Origin: Candidatus Latescibacterota bacterium
Lineage (GTDB): Bacteria > Latescibacterota > UBA2968
NCBI GenBank assembly: GCA_965204375.1
Contig: OZ241986.1
Span: forward strand, 3,616,001-3,680,000
Reading direction: 5' to 3'
DNA length: 64,000 bases
The position numbers were made by a program, and so were the translations under genes. This document shows positions 19,186 through 29,275 of this stretch, piece by piece. How positions within the stretch are numbered: position 1 is the first letter of the stretch; every line of letters starts with the position of its first letter. The notes below the pieces were generated by a model. The model was not told the DNA's origin, did not search any database, and saw only the letters and a program-made list of their open reading frames with translations.

Positions 19186-20583
19186 ATGGCGAAACCGAAT
19201 ATTCTGCTCTTGATGACGGATCAACAGCGTGCAGATGCGATGGGCTGCACTGGTGGCTGGGTTGAAACGCCGAATATGGATCGGATCGCAAATGAAGGCG
19301 TGAGGTTTTCTAATTGCGTTACGAATTCGCCTATCTGTGTACCTGCAAGGCTGAGCCTGGCTACGGGACACTACCCTCACAATACGGGTGTGTGGAATCA
19401 TCAGGACCATACCCTGTCGCCCGACGCGAAAACGTGGACCCAGGTTGTCAGGTCCTGTGGGTATCGAACCAGCCTGTTCGGCAAGACACACCTGCATCCT
19501 ACGTCAGGTGACTTGCGCAGTCGAGAGCACCTGCTGCACGCCTATGGGCTGGATGATGTGAATGAAATTGGGGGCCCACGGGCGTGCGCAAACTGCGTTT
19601 CTCATATGACTTCGATGTGGGAAAAAAAGGGTCTGTGGGAAAAGTACAAAGCGGACCTCGCTGAGCGTTCCAGAACCAAACGGTACCTGGTGCGGCCCTC
19701 GGCAGTGGGGCTGGAGGACTATTACGATGTATATGTAGGCCAGCAAGCCAAAGGCTATCTAGAAAGCTATGATCGCTCCGAGCCGTGGTTTTGCTGGGTG
19801 AGTTTTGGCGGACCACATATGCCTTATGACACACCTGAACCGTACGCGAGCAAGTACCACCCCGACTCCATGCCCAGTCCGGTTCCTTATCCCGGAGATG
19901 AGCGCAAGCGACCTCGGGGAACCCTGGATGATATCCTGGACAACAGGCCCACATTCGACCCTGGAGAAGAAAAGATACTACGAGCGGATTACGCCGGTAA
20001 CGTGACTCTGATTGACGACCAAATCGGAGAGATCCTATTGGCGATCGAAGCACGTGGTGAGCTTGACGACACGGTGATTCTTCTGGTCTCTGACCACGGC
20101 GAAATGAACGGTGATTGTGGAATTCTGGCGAAAAGCAATTTTATGAATGGCGCCGTTCGCGTACCCCTGGTGATTCGGACCCCTGACACCGTCGGTCGTT
20201 CGGCTGCTGGAAAGACATGCGCAAGCCATACGGAGTGGTTTGATGCGGGGCCGACACTAGCTGAACTAGCGGGAGGGGAAATCGAGTATCCCCAGTTTGC
20301 GAAATCCCTCTGCCCGATGCTTGCAGACCCCTCGATCGAACACCGGAGCGAGGCGATTTCGGAATATGGCGGAGATGTCATGCTGTTGAATCATGATTGG
20401 AAGATTGCACTCAACAAAGAAGGAGAGGCCTACCTGCTGTTTGACGTGAAGAACGACCCGAGTGAGGTGAATAACCTGGCCGGAAGAGCCGATATGGCTG
20501 ACGTGGAGAATTCTCTGAAGCTGAGGATACTGGAACGAATGATGGAGAGTCAGGTTTATACAGGGGCCAGGTTCGCGGGTTGA
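19186..20583 (+). CDS. sulfatase
   Basis: PNILLLMTDQQR, CVPAR, GKTH, SDHGE. Confidence 0.93.
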   Translation: MAKPNILLLMTDQQRADAMGCTGGWVETPNMDRIANEGVRFSNCVTNSPICVPARLSLATGHYPHNTGVWNHQDHTLSPDAKTWTQVVRSCGYRTSLFGKTHLHPTSGDLRSREHLLHAYGLDDVNEIGGPRACANCVSHMTSMWEKKGLWEKYKADLAERSRTKRYLVRPSAVGLEDYYDVYVGQQAKGYLESYDRSEPWFCWVSFGGPHMPYDTPEPYASKYHPDSMPSPVPYPGDERKRPRGTLDDILDNRPTFDPGEEKILRADYAGNVTLIDDQIGEILLAIEARGELDDTVILLVSDHGEMNGDCGILAKSNFMNGAVRVPLVIRTPDTVGRSAAGKTCASHTEWFDAGPTLAELAGGEIEYPQFAKSLCPMLADPSIEHRSEAISEYGGDVMLLNHDWKIALNKEGEAYLLFDVKNDPSEVNNLAGRADMADVENSLKLRILERMMESQVYTGARFAG

Positions 20584-20628
20584 TTTTCAGGAGATCACGG
20601 ACCAGGGCGAAAACGAACTAATATCCTT

Positions 20629-21858
20629 CTACGCATCCAACCACGCATCCTCAAACACCCGACATCCGACGCCCTCCTGCCCCATGGAACTGCATGCGTA
20701 GAGCGTAATGTACTGGGATTCATTGAGAGGACCAACAGTACTGTACGAAAAGGTCTCTGGCTCGATAACCCTGTGGCGCCAGGTCTGACCTTCGTCATCG
20801 CTAAAATAGATCGCCCCGCGCTGACGCTCGGAGGCGTGCTGGCGTTCGGATTCGGGCAGATCGGAACCATTGGGAATAGAAAACAGCAGACGCCTCCCGC
20901 CCCGGGCAAGTGTGCCGTGGCAAAGCACGCCGCTAATATCGACGAGAAAGGGCCGGGACCACGTCTTGCCACAATCAGTCGAAGTATGGGCAATGCGCTG
21001 CACAGGACCGGGGCGCACCTCCGAGCGGGGGACCTGAGCTTCAAGCATACCCCGTGAATTCAGCCTGCGGACGAGCAGCAACTCCTCACCGCGATTAATC
21101 GACACGGTAGAGGCTTCATTGGCCAAGTAATCTGTAATAAAGCCATCCACGCGCCAGGTCTCACCCTGATCATCGCTATAGATAACGGCAGAACCGGACT
21201 GGGGATGGTTGCGAAAATAATTCGTAACGACTTCTCCCTCGGGCACAACAGTAACAGGTCCACCCAGAACGTACCGCCCCTGATACGGACCCTGGGTAAT
21301 CGCGTGAACCTGCCCCACAGCGTTAAACATAATCAGCGTACCATCGGCATAGCGGTGATTCAGAGGCGACCGGTCTCCGAACAACGTCTCCATAGTCCAG
21401 GTATCGCCATCGTCATCTGAATCGAACCGGCAAAGAACCATAGGCGTATCGCGCCCCACAGCGTCGATATCGATACCGGACTGCGCCCGCATCACACCAT
21501 AGTCCTTGTCGTAAATATCCTCCGTACCTCGCAAATCGACCATGGACAGCACAGACACGCGCTCGCGTCCATCTCGATCGGAGAGATACGCAGACACCGC
21601 GTAGTGGTTGATCCGACCCGAAACGGCTCTCGCTGGCGACCACGTCGCGCCCCAATCGCTACTCCTGCTCGTCAGAATCACCTTCGGATCGTCGTCGCGG
21701 CCTCCGCGCAACCTCCCCTGACAAAAGGCAATCAACACGCCGTCGCGCGTGACAACGTACGACGGCTGAAACGTGCGACACACCACCTCACCGTGTACCT
21801 CAAAACCCGGCTCAAAAGCCAGCGTCCGTTCACTCAATCCGTTTTTAAGCTTTCTCAT
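20629..21858 (-). CDS. sialidase/BNR (Asp-box) repeat protein
   Basis: Multiple SxDxGxTW Asp-boxes (SSDWGATW, SDDQGETW, STDCGKTW, SDDEGQTW). Confidence 0.85.
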   Translation of the reverse strand: MRKLKNGLSERTLAFEPGFEVHGEVVCRTFQPSYVVTRDGVLIAFCQGRLRGGRDDDPKVILTSRSSDWGATWSPARAVSGRINHYAVSAYLSDRDGRERVSVLSMVDLRGTEDIYDKDYGVMRAQSGIDIDAVGRDTPMVLCRFDSDDDGDTWTMETLFGDRSPLNHRYADGTLIMFNAVGQVHAITQGPYQGRYVLGGPVTVVPEGEVVTNYFRNHPQSGSAVIYSDDQGETWRVDGFITDYLANEASTVSINRGEELLLVRRLNSRGMLEAQVPRSEVRPGPVQRIAHTSTDCGKTWSRPFLVDISGVLCHGTLARGGRRLLFSIPNGSDLPESERQHASERQRGAIYFSDDEGQTWRHRVIEPETFSYSTVGPLNESQYITLYACSSMGQEGVGCRVFEDAWLDA

Positions 21859-21878
21859 ACGGTCTTCTCCTGAATACC

Positions 21879-23378
21879 TTATCCAGATCCTCCATCGCGA
21901 AACCGCAGCGAATAGAGGCCCACGTTCTTGAGGTAGAAGCGGAGGAACACAGGCCTGCCCACGAGTTCGGCCATATCCTGCTTGTTTTTCCACGTCACTT
22001 TGTGCTCGACAAGGTCAACAGCCTGTGTGGTGCAGTCGGCAAGGGTGAAACCGGGCACGGGACTCGGGGCACCGCTCTCACCGAATCGCAGCACCTCGAC
22101 AGAGAATTCGGGCGGAACAATCGCCGTAGCCGGATCGCTGTTATAACCGTCGGCCACGGTCGTATTGACGATCAGTTCCGGTGCGGCAACAACCATTTCG
22201 CGGGTGAGCAGGAAGCCACCCGTGTGCGCACCCATCTGCGCGACGAATCGATCCCGGAGGAATTGCGCCCGGCCGATGCCCGAGACATTGTTCCTGTTGC
22301 CCTGTGCCTGGCCGTGGCGGGATCCGCGATAGTAGATAAAATCCGTATTTCCCATGCTCACAATGCCTCCGGCTCCCGAGGTGGAACCCGAGTCGAAGGC
22401 GTCGGAGCCGCCATGGGGAAGATATACAGACCGGTCGGGCAGCATATTCCAGTGCAGGCCATCTCTGCTAAACGCCAGATGCAGATGGAAGGCCATGTGC
22501 GGCGGCGGCCCCATCATTCCGACAAAGCCGATGAAATGGCTGCCTACCCGAGAAACCACCATGTGGTCGATATCCGGATCATCTATTTCTTCCGGCCACA
22601 TCACCACCCGGGGCTGGCCAAAATCATACGGCGTCTCCCCGACCATCACCGCTGTGCGGCGCTTGAAGTTGTGCTCCGTCGGTCCACCCGGAACATCCCC
22701 AACGCCAGCGGTACACACGGGCCGCGTAAACATCAGCCAGCGCTCTCGAACAGGGTCGAACACCATGTTTTGCCATGTGTCCCGCAGGCCAATGAAAGCC
22801 GGGTTCGATGGGTCCTCCCGCCAGTGAATCCCATCATCCGAATAAGCCAGACACAGACATCCATAGCCCTCGGCCAGATTGTCCTTGTAAGTCATCAGAA
22901 AACGGCTCTGCTGCACGCCACCGAGGGGGTTCCACATCACGCGCACCCCCTGGGCCTTTTGCTGTCCCGTGACCACCACATTGGTCCTCTCATATTGTCC
23001 ATAAGGCTTGCCTTCTATCATCGGCTTGTCCCAGTGTACCCCGTCCGTACTTTCGGCATAGCAGACAAAATAGGGATACCCGTGCCGATCCGCCTGCCAG
23101 TCTTTGAAGCGGAACTGGTGCATCCACGCGTTCCAATCGGTCCCGGCATACCACATGCGGAACACACCGGCTTCGTCGTCGTAAATCACATTTTGCTGAC
23201 CCACCGAATCTTCCCACGGCCTATCGGGCATGAGCACGGGGTTGTGTGGATCCTTAATCGGCACATTCAGCACACGACTTACCCCCCAGCGGTCTTCCAC
23301 CGTGGCATTGTCGATCAGCAATACGGTTTCCGTACCAACCTCAAGTGGCTCCCCTGCGCAGTAGGATTCCAGATTCAT
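21879..23378 (-). CDS. beta-propeller glycoside hydrolase-like protein
   Basis: NPVL.PD.PWE, FRMWY, YAESTDGVHWDKP, SDDGIHW, SRDGLHW repeats. Confidence 0.7.
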   Translation of the reverse strand: MNLESYCAGEPLEVGTETVLLIDNATVEDRWGVSRVLNVPIKDPHNPVLMPDRPWEDSVGQQNVIYDDEAGVFRMWYAGTDWNAWMHQFRFKDWQADRHGYPYFVCYAESTDGVHWDKPMIEGKPYGQYERTNVVVTGQQKAQGVRVMWNPLGGVQQSRFLMTYKDNLAEGYGCLCLAYSDDGIHWREDPSNPAFIGLRDTWQNMVFDPVRERWLMFTRPVCTAGVGDVPGGPTEHNFKRRTAVMVGETPYDFGQPRVVMWPEEIDDPDIDHMVVSRVGSHFIGFVGMMGPPPHMAFHLHLAFSRDGLHWNMLPDRSVYLPHGGSDAFDSGSTSGAGGIVSMGNTDFIYYRGSRHGQAQGNRNNVSGIGRAQFLRDRFVAQMGAHTGGFLLTREMVVAAPELIVNTTVADGYNSDPATAIVPPEFSVEVLRFGESGAPSPVPGFTLADCTTQAVDLVEHKVTWKNKQDMAELVGRPVFLRFYLKNVGLYSLRFRDGGSG

Positions 23379-23390
23379 GTCTCAACTCCT

Positions 23391-24731
23391 CTAATCAAAA
23401 GGCTGCTCCGCGTGATAAATCTCCCGATCCGCCTCCAGAAGAAACGAGCCGTCTGCCTGTTTAATCCACTGCGGAACATCGGAATGACCTTCTCTATTCG
23501 GCACAAACCCCATCAAAATGGGATCATCTGTCTCCTCGAGAAACGCGGTTAATTGCCCCTCCAGATCATCGCGAACCTTTGAAAAACGCGGATCATCTGC
23601 AACATTATTCAACTCATACGGATCGTCTGCCAAACTGTAAAGCTCCCGATCCGGTGCCGGTTTTGAAAAAAGCGCCTGAACAATCTCTCGTCTGTTCTGA
23701 AAACGATTCACCCACCCATTATCGACATAATTTGGCACCCGCGCAAAATTGCGAATCAGCTTGAACTGCTCTGACCGAACGCACCGCATCGGCGTGTAAT
23801 ACCAGTTCCCAGAACGCCGCCCCCAGGTCTGCTCGGCAAACACCACAGACCGGCCAGCCCAACCCGCACCGGAAAACAACCCCCGAAAACTCCGACCCAG
23901 AATACCATCCGGTTTCTCCAGACCACACAAATCCATCACCGTCGGCAGCAGGTCCATGTTGCTAATCAAATCGCCATACACAGTTCCAGCAACAATCTCA
24001 GACGGGCACCTCATAAGCAAAGTCGTACGGATACCCGCATCATAAAGCGTATGCTTTGCCCGCGCAGTCGCCACCCCGTGTTCGGTAGTAAACACCACAA
24101 CGGTCTCATCCGCCAGCCCACGATCATCAAGTGCATTCAAAATCCGCCCCACTTTTTTATCCAACTCTCCAATCTGCCGACACAACGCCGCGAGATCTTT
24201 ACGCACCTCCGAACAATCGGGCAGATCCGGCGGCACATCCATTCTCTCCGCAAGCTCTGGATCGTAATCCAGACCAAAAGGTCTATGTACTTCCGAGAAA
24301 GAGACCTGCAAAAAAAAGGGACACTTGATAGACGAGGCTTCTTCTCGCAAAAAACGTTCAGCCAACACTTCCACACCAGCCTTCCCCGCCAGCACACGCG
24401 AAAAACCCGCCCAGGATGGATCATTCAAAATCATCAACCGGTTGCTCAGCACCGTCTCATAGCCCGCATCCTGAAAATAACGCGCCATGCACACCGCATC
24501 ATCCGCATAGGGAAATTGTCCCCACACACCGATCATGTGCGGCATCTGACTGCAATACAAGCCAACGCGACTGGGAATACAGATGGGTGCCGTCGCGATA
24601 AATTGCGTAAACCGAGCACCCTGAGAAGCCAACCGATCCAGATTCGGCGTTGATACATCGGGCCGGTCATAACAACCGAGCCAATCGCCCAGATCGTGAC
24701 AGTCGATAAACACAACATTGGGTTGTTTCAT
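23391..24731 (-). CDS. sulfatase (N-sulfoglucosamine sulfohydrolase-like)
   Basis: PNVVFIDCHDLG, CIPSR, HRPF, AKHTLYDAG. Confidence 0.88.
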   Translation of the reverse strand: MKQPNVVFIDCHDLGDWLGCYDRPDVSTPNLDRLASQGARFTQFIATAPICIPSRVGLYCSQMPHMIGVWGQFPYADDAVCMARYFQDAGYETVLSNRLMILNDPSWAGFSRVLAGKAGVEVLAERFLREEASSIKCPFFLQVSFSEVHRPFGLDYDPELAERMDVPPDLPDCSEVRKDLAALCRQIGELDKKVGRILNALDDRGLADETVVVFTTEHGVATARAKHTLYDAGIRTTLLMRCPSEIVAGTVYGDLISNMDLLPTVMDLCGLEKPDGILGRSFRGLFSGAGWAGRSVVFAEQTWGRRSGNWYYTPMRCVRSEQFKLIRNFARVPNYVDNGWVNRFQNRREIVQALFSKPAPDRELYSLADDPYELNNVADDPRFSKVRDDLEGQLTAFLEETDDPILMGFVPNREGHSDVPQWIKQADGSFLLEADREIYHAEQPFD

Positions 24732-24917
24732 ACTATGCTCCTCTATCTCATCAAAGACCTGAAATTGCCACATTGCACATCTTGTAAAAACAAAATGTGA
24801 GTAACCAGTATGCACAATTTTCAGGTTGTTGCATTAACCTCGGTATAGACACACAATAATATAAGCCTTTTGTGTAATAATATTGACAAAAAACTATAAA
24901 TAGATATACTTTGACAC

Positions 24918-25523
24918 ATGTCTAAAAATTCACCTGAAAATCAAGTCCTGGAACTGGCACAGCAAGGACTCTTGAGAGTTTGCGATCTGACTTCCCGGGG
25001 CCTTCATCCCGAATATCTGCGACGGCTGTATCAGAAAGGACTGGTGCGACGGGAGGGAAGAGGCCTGTACATTGCAGCCAATGCCGAGATTTCGGTACAC
25101 TATGGTCTGGCGCAAGTAGCAAAGCGCATTCCTCACGGAGTGATTTGTCTGCTGTCAGCTTTGAGCTTTCACGAAATTGGCACACAGCTACCGCACCAGG
25201 TCTGGATAGCCATTGACCGCAGAGCAGCGAAGCCAAAGATGCAATTTCCTCCTCTGAGAGTGATGCGGTTCTCCGGTACTGCACTGACTGAAGGGGTCGA
25301 AACGTATCGGATTGAGGGCGTTCCCGTTCAGATTTTTAACCCCGCCAAAACAGTTGCAGACTGCTTCAAATACCGCAACAAAATCGGTCTGGACGTCGCG
25401 CTTGAAGCATTGAAAGAATGCATTCGCGACCGTCGCACCACAATGGACGACCTCTGGCATTTCGCACAAATCTGTCGAATGACCAACGTGATGCGGCCCT
25501 ATATGGAAGCTATGGTGGCATGA
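24918..25523 (+). CDS. abiEi: type IV TA antitoxin, AbiEi family
   Basis: wHTH GRGLY, GVICLLSALSFHEIGTQLP, KTVADCFKYRNKIGLDVALEAL; TTGACA-16-TATACT promoter just upstream. Confidence 0.88.
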   Translation: MSKNSPENQVLELAQQGLLRVCDLTSRGLHPEYLRRLYQKGLVRREGRGLYIAANAEISVHYGLAQVAKRIPHGVICLLSALSFHEIGTQLPHQVWIAIDRRAAKPKMQFPPLRVMRFSGTALTEGVETYRIEGVPVQIFNPAKTVADCFKYRNKIGLDVALEALKECIRDRRTTMDDLWHFAQICRMTNVMRPYMEAMVA

Positions 25524-25624
25524 AAAGAGCGCGTCCCAAAAACCTGCCTGTATCCATCCATCAGCGACTTTTAAACCTGAGCAAAGAAAAAAGGGAAGAG
25601 CCTACGGAATCTCGAACTTTCTGA
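25520..25624 (+). pseudogene. truncated AbiEii toxin remnant
   Basis: ATGA overlap with abiEi; MKRARPKNLPVSIHQRLLNLSKE matches the AbiEii N-terminus and stops after 34 codons. Confidence 0.7.
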
Positions 25625-25645
25625 GAACTGTGAAAAAATTCAAGA

Positions 25646-25674
25646 TTGACATATACTGAACATATGTATATTAT
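25646..25674 (+). promoter_or_regulatory. sigma70-like promoter for the methyltransferase operon
   Basis: TTGACA-17bp-TATTAT; contains ATATAC...GTATAT inverted repeat. Confidence 0.55.
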
Positions 25675-25828
25675 ACCAGGAAACTATGATAGCACAATAG
25701 CTTCGAGGTCACTATTGTCTTGCGAGTAGCTTATTCTTATCTTGTGGCTGTAAGTTTTTTGAAAATAATTCGTTGGAGAAAATACTGGAGGCGGTTTAGA
25801 ATACTTAAGTAGCCGCGGAGACTATGCT

Positions 25829-27127
25829 ATGGGGAAAAGGGGTAAGAACAAGGACAACAAAGATCCAAATCTTTTTATTGATCTGTTTGCAGGTTGCGGG
25901 GGGTTGTCTCTTGGACTCATGCTCGCTGGCTGGAAAGGGCTATTTGCAATAGAAGGAAATAGGGATGCATTTGAAACACTTAGCCATAACCTGATTAATG
26001 GCAACCGTGACATGTGTTATGAGTGGCCATATTGGTTACCTAAAAAAGCCTACGAGATAAATGCCTTCATAAAGGAGTATAGAAGTCAAATCTCCAAGTT
26101 GCGGAACAAGGTCTTACTCATTGCCGGTGGTCCTCCTTGTCAGGGGTTTTCCTTATATGGTAAACGAAACAAAACAGATCCTAGAAATTGGTTGTTTCGG
26201 CATTATCTCGATATAATAAAATTGGTAAAACCTTCCTTTATTCTTTTGGAAAACGTGAGAGGTATAGATGTAGAATTCGGAAAAAAAAGACGGCAGACCA
26301 CAAATAAAAACGGTGTTGGACGACCACCAAAGTCGTTTTCCAAACTTATTAAGGAATGTCTTGAAGGTGATTACGAAATCCATGCGGGACTCATCAAGGC
26401 AGTAGACTTCGGTGTACCGCAGTTGCGTCCACGCTATATTATGCTGGGAATTGATAGAAATCTCTTGAAGGGTAACAATACACAAATTGATCCATTTGAA
26501 CTGATTGAAGATTATAGGCTATCGTTTCTCAATGAAAAAAAACTTCCGATAGACAGACCTGTCAATGTAAAAGAAGCTATTTCAGATCTGGAGACACACG
26601 GTAAGGCATTAATCGACTGCGTTGATTCCCCCAGATTTAAGCAGATTGATTATGATTCTCCCCAAACATATTATCAAGAGTTACTGCACGGTAATCTTAA
26701 CGGCGTCGCACCAAATAGTCTCAGATTACCTAAGCATAGAGATAAAACTGTCAAGCGATTTTCAACAATACTCAACACCTGTAGACGTGGAGTTCAGCTA
26801 TCCCAGGAGGATAGAGAGCGTCTCGGTATCAAAAAGCAACGAATCGTTGCCCTGAACGAAAAACGACCCTCCCATACAATTACCACATTACCGGATGATA
26901 TTCTGCATTACTCCGAACCCAGGATTTTGACCGTAAGAGAGTCCGCACGCTTACAATCCTTTCCCGATTGGTTTGCCTTTAAAGGAAACTACACCACAGG
27001 AGGTCATAGGCGTGTTAAGGATTGTCCACGCTATACTCAGGTAGGAAATGCTGTGCCTCCGTTCATTGCCGAAATATTGGGCAAAGTTGTGAGTGAAATG
27101 ACTGAACGACTGTTACCGACCAATTGA
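25829..27127 (+). CDS. DNA (cytosine-5) methyltransferase
   Basis: DLFAGCGG, GGPPCQGFS, ENV, PQLRPR, RESARLQSFPD, QVGNAVPP. Confidence 0.96.
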   Translation: MGKRGKNKDNKDPNLFIDLFAGCGGLSLGLMLAGWKGLFAIEGNRDAFETLSHNLINGNRDMCYEWPYWLPKKAYEINAFIKEYRSQISKLRNKVLLIAGGPPCQGFSLYGKRNKTDPRNWLFRHYLDIIKLVKPSFILLENVRGIDVEFGKKRRQTTNKNGVGRPPKSFSKLIKECLEGDYEIHAGLIKAVDFGVPQLRPRYIMLGIDRNLLKGNNTQIDPFELIEDYRLSFLNEKKLPIDRPVNVKEAISDLETHGKALIDCVDSPRFKQIDYDSPQTYYQELLHGNLNGVAPNSLRLPKHRDKTVKRFSTILNTCRRGVQLSQEDRERLGIKKQRIVALNEKRPSHTITTLPDDILHYSEPRILTVRESARLQSFPDWFAFKGNYTTGGHRRVKDCPRYTQVGNAVPPFIAEILGKVVSEMTERLLPTN

Positions 27128-29271
27128 TGATTGGTATTTCTTCTGAAAGAATTCTCATGCCTAAAAACAAGAACCCCTGGATTGAAAAATTACTGTCTTG
27201 GCACGGACACGATCAAGGTGGGGTAAGTGTACCCTTTAATGACCGTGGGGGAAATCCTCTTCGAGACGAACATGGTGATCCCGAAGTTATCGAAACAAAT
27301 CTAATAAAAAGGCTGAGAGATTTAGCACGAGATATCGCGGAAGGGACAGAAGCACCCAGATGGATTTTCCTCGTGGGTGGCCCGGGCAACGGGAAATCTG
27401 AGGCAGTTCAGGAATTTCTTTATACCCTCGATAGGGAACTTCAATGTGATGGAAAACTGGTTGGGATTCTTAAACAAAAATTCTCTCCTGCTCCACTTGT
27501 CCCATGGAATGTGGAAGTCAACAGTGATGATTCTGGCCTACCCGCTCTCTTCAAAGAAAAAATACAAAGATTGATTGTTGTGCAAGATGCATCCGCAAGT
27601 AACAATCCTCGTTCTGACGCAGCTAATGAGATAGTTAATAAAATTGCAGATTTGGCGACGCATCCCCCATCTCTGCTCCTACCTGTATTCATTTGTTGTA
27701 TCAATAGGGGACTACTAGCCAGAGCTCTCACAGTTGCTCACAAAGTCTGGGGTTCAGGCAATGAAGTGGTTAGGATCATTGAGGCCTTGATCGAAGCTAC
27801 TGCGATGAGACAAGAAACCTTATCAGAAAACAAAGATAGACCTCCATGTTGGCCCTTAAATCTGGACATATCTGAGGTAGAAAAACAGGTATGCTGTTGG
27901 CCGCTTGACGTCGAAAGCTTGCTTCTCCCAGAGAATCATGGTGGATCCAGCATTTCGCCCGTGGAACAAATAATAGAAAAAGCGATTGTGGAGAATGAAT
28001 GGGAAGTATCTGGACGCTGTGCAGATTGCGATAGCGCAGATCTGTGCCCATTTCGACAAAATGCAATCTGGTTAAGGAATGAGGAAACAAGAGACAATCT
28101 ACTTTCAATTCTGCGCCGTGGAGAATTGGCTATTTCTCAGCGATGGAATTTTCGTGACACATTTTCCCTAATTGCGGGAACTCTTGTTGGGAATTGGAAT
28201 GATTTCGCTGAATTTGATCATCCCTGCGAATGGGTTCACGAAAAGGTAGTAAGTATTTGTCAGCAGGTGCAAACACGGCCTGAAAAGGCGGTTGCTCCTA
28301 CGATTGCACTTGTTTCGCGTTTGTATCCCAATGCTATGTTTCCAGTACCTATGTTCTTGAACTTACAAGAAAAAAATCTCACAGAAAAAATAACTCTTGA
28401 GGTAAAAAACAGTATTACCTTACTGGAAAAACAGCCTCAGACCCACATTCAAAACTTACTCAGGCATTCCATATCACCGAGGTTAGATCCTGCATTTCTT
28501 TCTCCTCTCAAAGAGGATCATCCAATTAGAAAACTTGAGAATAGTTATAGCCAATCGGTAGAAATCGGAAACCAGAGCTGGGATAGCTGTTCGGGTATGA
28601 GCAAGGTAGAGAGTATTTTTTTTACTTTACTAAAAAGTGCAGAGGATGAATGGGACCCACTCAGTCGTGAATCAGCCCAGATTCTAGAAGTCCTCAGATT
28701 TTTAGGGGTTGTAGGCGTTTCCTTAGCGAAACGATCCGTGGGGGCAAGATTAGGTTATCATACAAATGAGGATTACCTATTAGACTACGAGGCAGTTATT
28801 CGCGATGAAGATGCTCTTTACGATTTGACTCAAGAGTTGAGGTCGTTACTTGGCGCAGGAGGATTCCATTTTAACGCATTAGAGAGCTTTGGACAACCAC
28901 GGTCGGAAGATGATTGGTTAATTGCACTCCGGGGAGATACCATGCCAATCGCCCCTATAACACCTGCTCCAATGGGAGGGCGCGATCTACCGGCGCATGA
29001 TTTTCCATTCATTAAAATAGTGAATTATTCTATACCACTTACATTCGACTTGTATATGGCACTAAGACTCAGACAGGACGGATGTGAAAGTAGCAGTTTA
29101 CCGGCAAGTGTTCGTGCTGCAATTGACCGTATTCGGCACCTACATGCCGGGCAACTTTGTCGTGACCAAGAGGCTTTTGTTAACGGGAAAGTCTTTTACG
29201 AAATAAAAGACTATGGAAAAATAGATTTACCCCGAGAAGGGGAATCTCCCAGACTAAGAGAAATGAGATAG
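27124..29271 (+). CDS. P-loop NTPase with Cys cluster, DndF/DptF-like
   Basis: Walker A GGPGNGKS, VVQDAS, CINRGLL, CADC....CPF..N, WNFRD; overlaps the MTase stop. Confidence 0.6.
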   Translation: MMIGISSERILMPKNKNPWIEKLLSWHGHDQGGVSVPFNDRGGNPLRDEHGDPEVIETNLIKRLRDLARDIAEGTEAPRWIFLVGGPGNGKSEAVQEFLYTLDRELQCDGKLVGILKQKFSPAPLVPWNVEVNSDDSGLPALFKEKIQRLIVVQDASASNNPRSDAANEIVNKIADLATHPPSLLLPVFICCINRGLLARALTVAHKVWGSGNEVVRIIEALIEATAMRQETLSENKDRPPCWPLNLDISEVEKQVCCWPLDVESLLLPENHGGSSISPVEQIIEKAIVENEWEVSGRCADCDSADLCPFRQNAIWLRNEETRDNLLSILRRGELAISQRWNFRDTFSLIAGTLVGNWNDFAEFDHPCEWVHEKVVSICQQVQTRPEKAVAPTIALVSRLYPNAMFPVPMFLNLQEKNLTEKITLEVKNSITLLEKQPQTHIQNLLRHSISPRLDPAFLSPLKEDHPIRKLENSYSQSVEIGNQSWDSCSGMSKVESIFFTLLKSAEDEWDPLSRESAQILEVLRFLGVVGVSLAKRSVGARLGYHTNEDYLLDYEAVIRDEDALYDLTQELRSLLGAGGFHFNALESFGQPRSEDDWLIALRGDTMPIAPITPAPMGGRDLPAHDFPFIKIVNYSIPLTFDLYMALRLRQDGCESSSLPASVRAAIDRIRHLHAGQLCRDQEAFVNGKVFYEIKDYGKIDLPREGESPRLREMR

Positions 29272-29275
29272 GAAA

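Noticed and set aside
22002-23552. 516-aa plus-strand ORF
   Set aside because: Antisense shadow of the glycosidase-like gene 21879-23378; no motifs and atypical composition.
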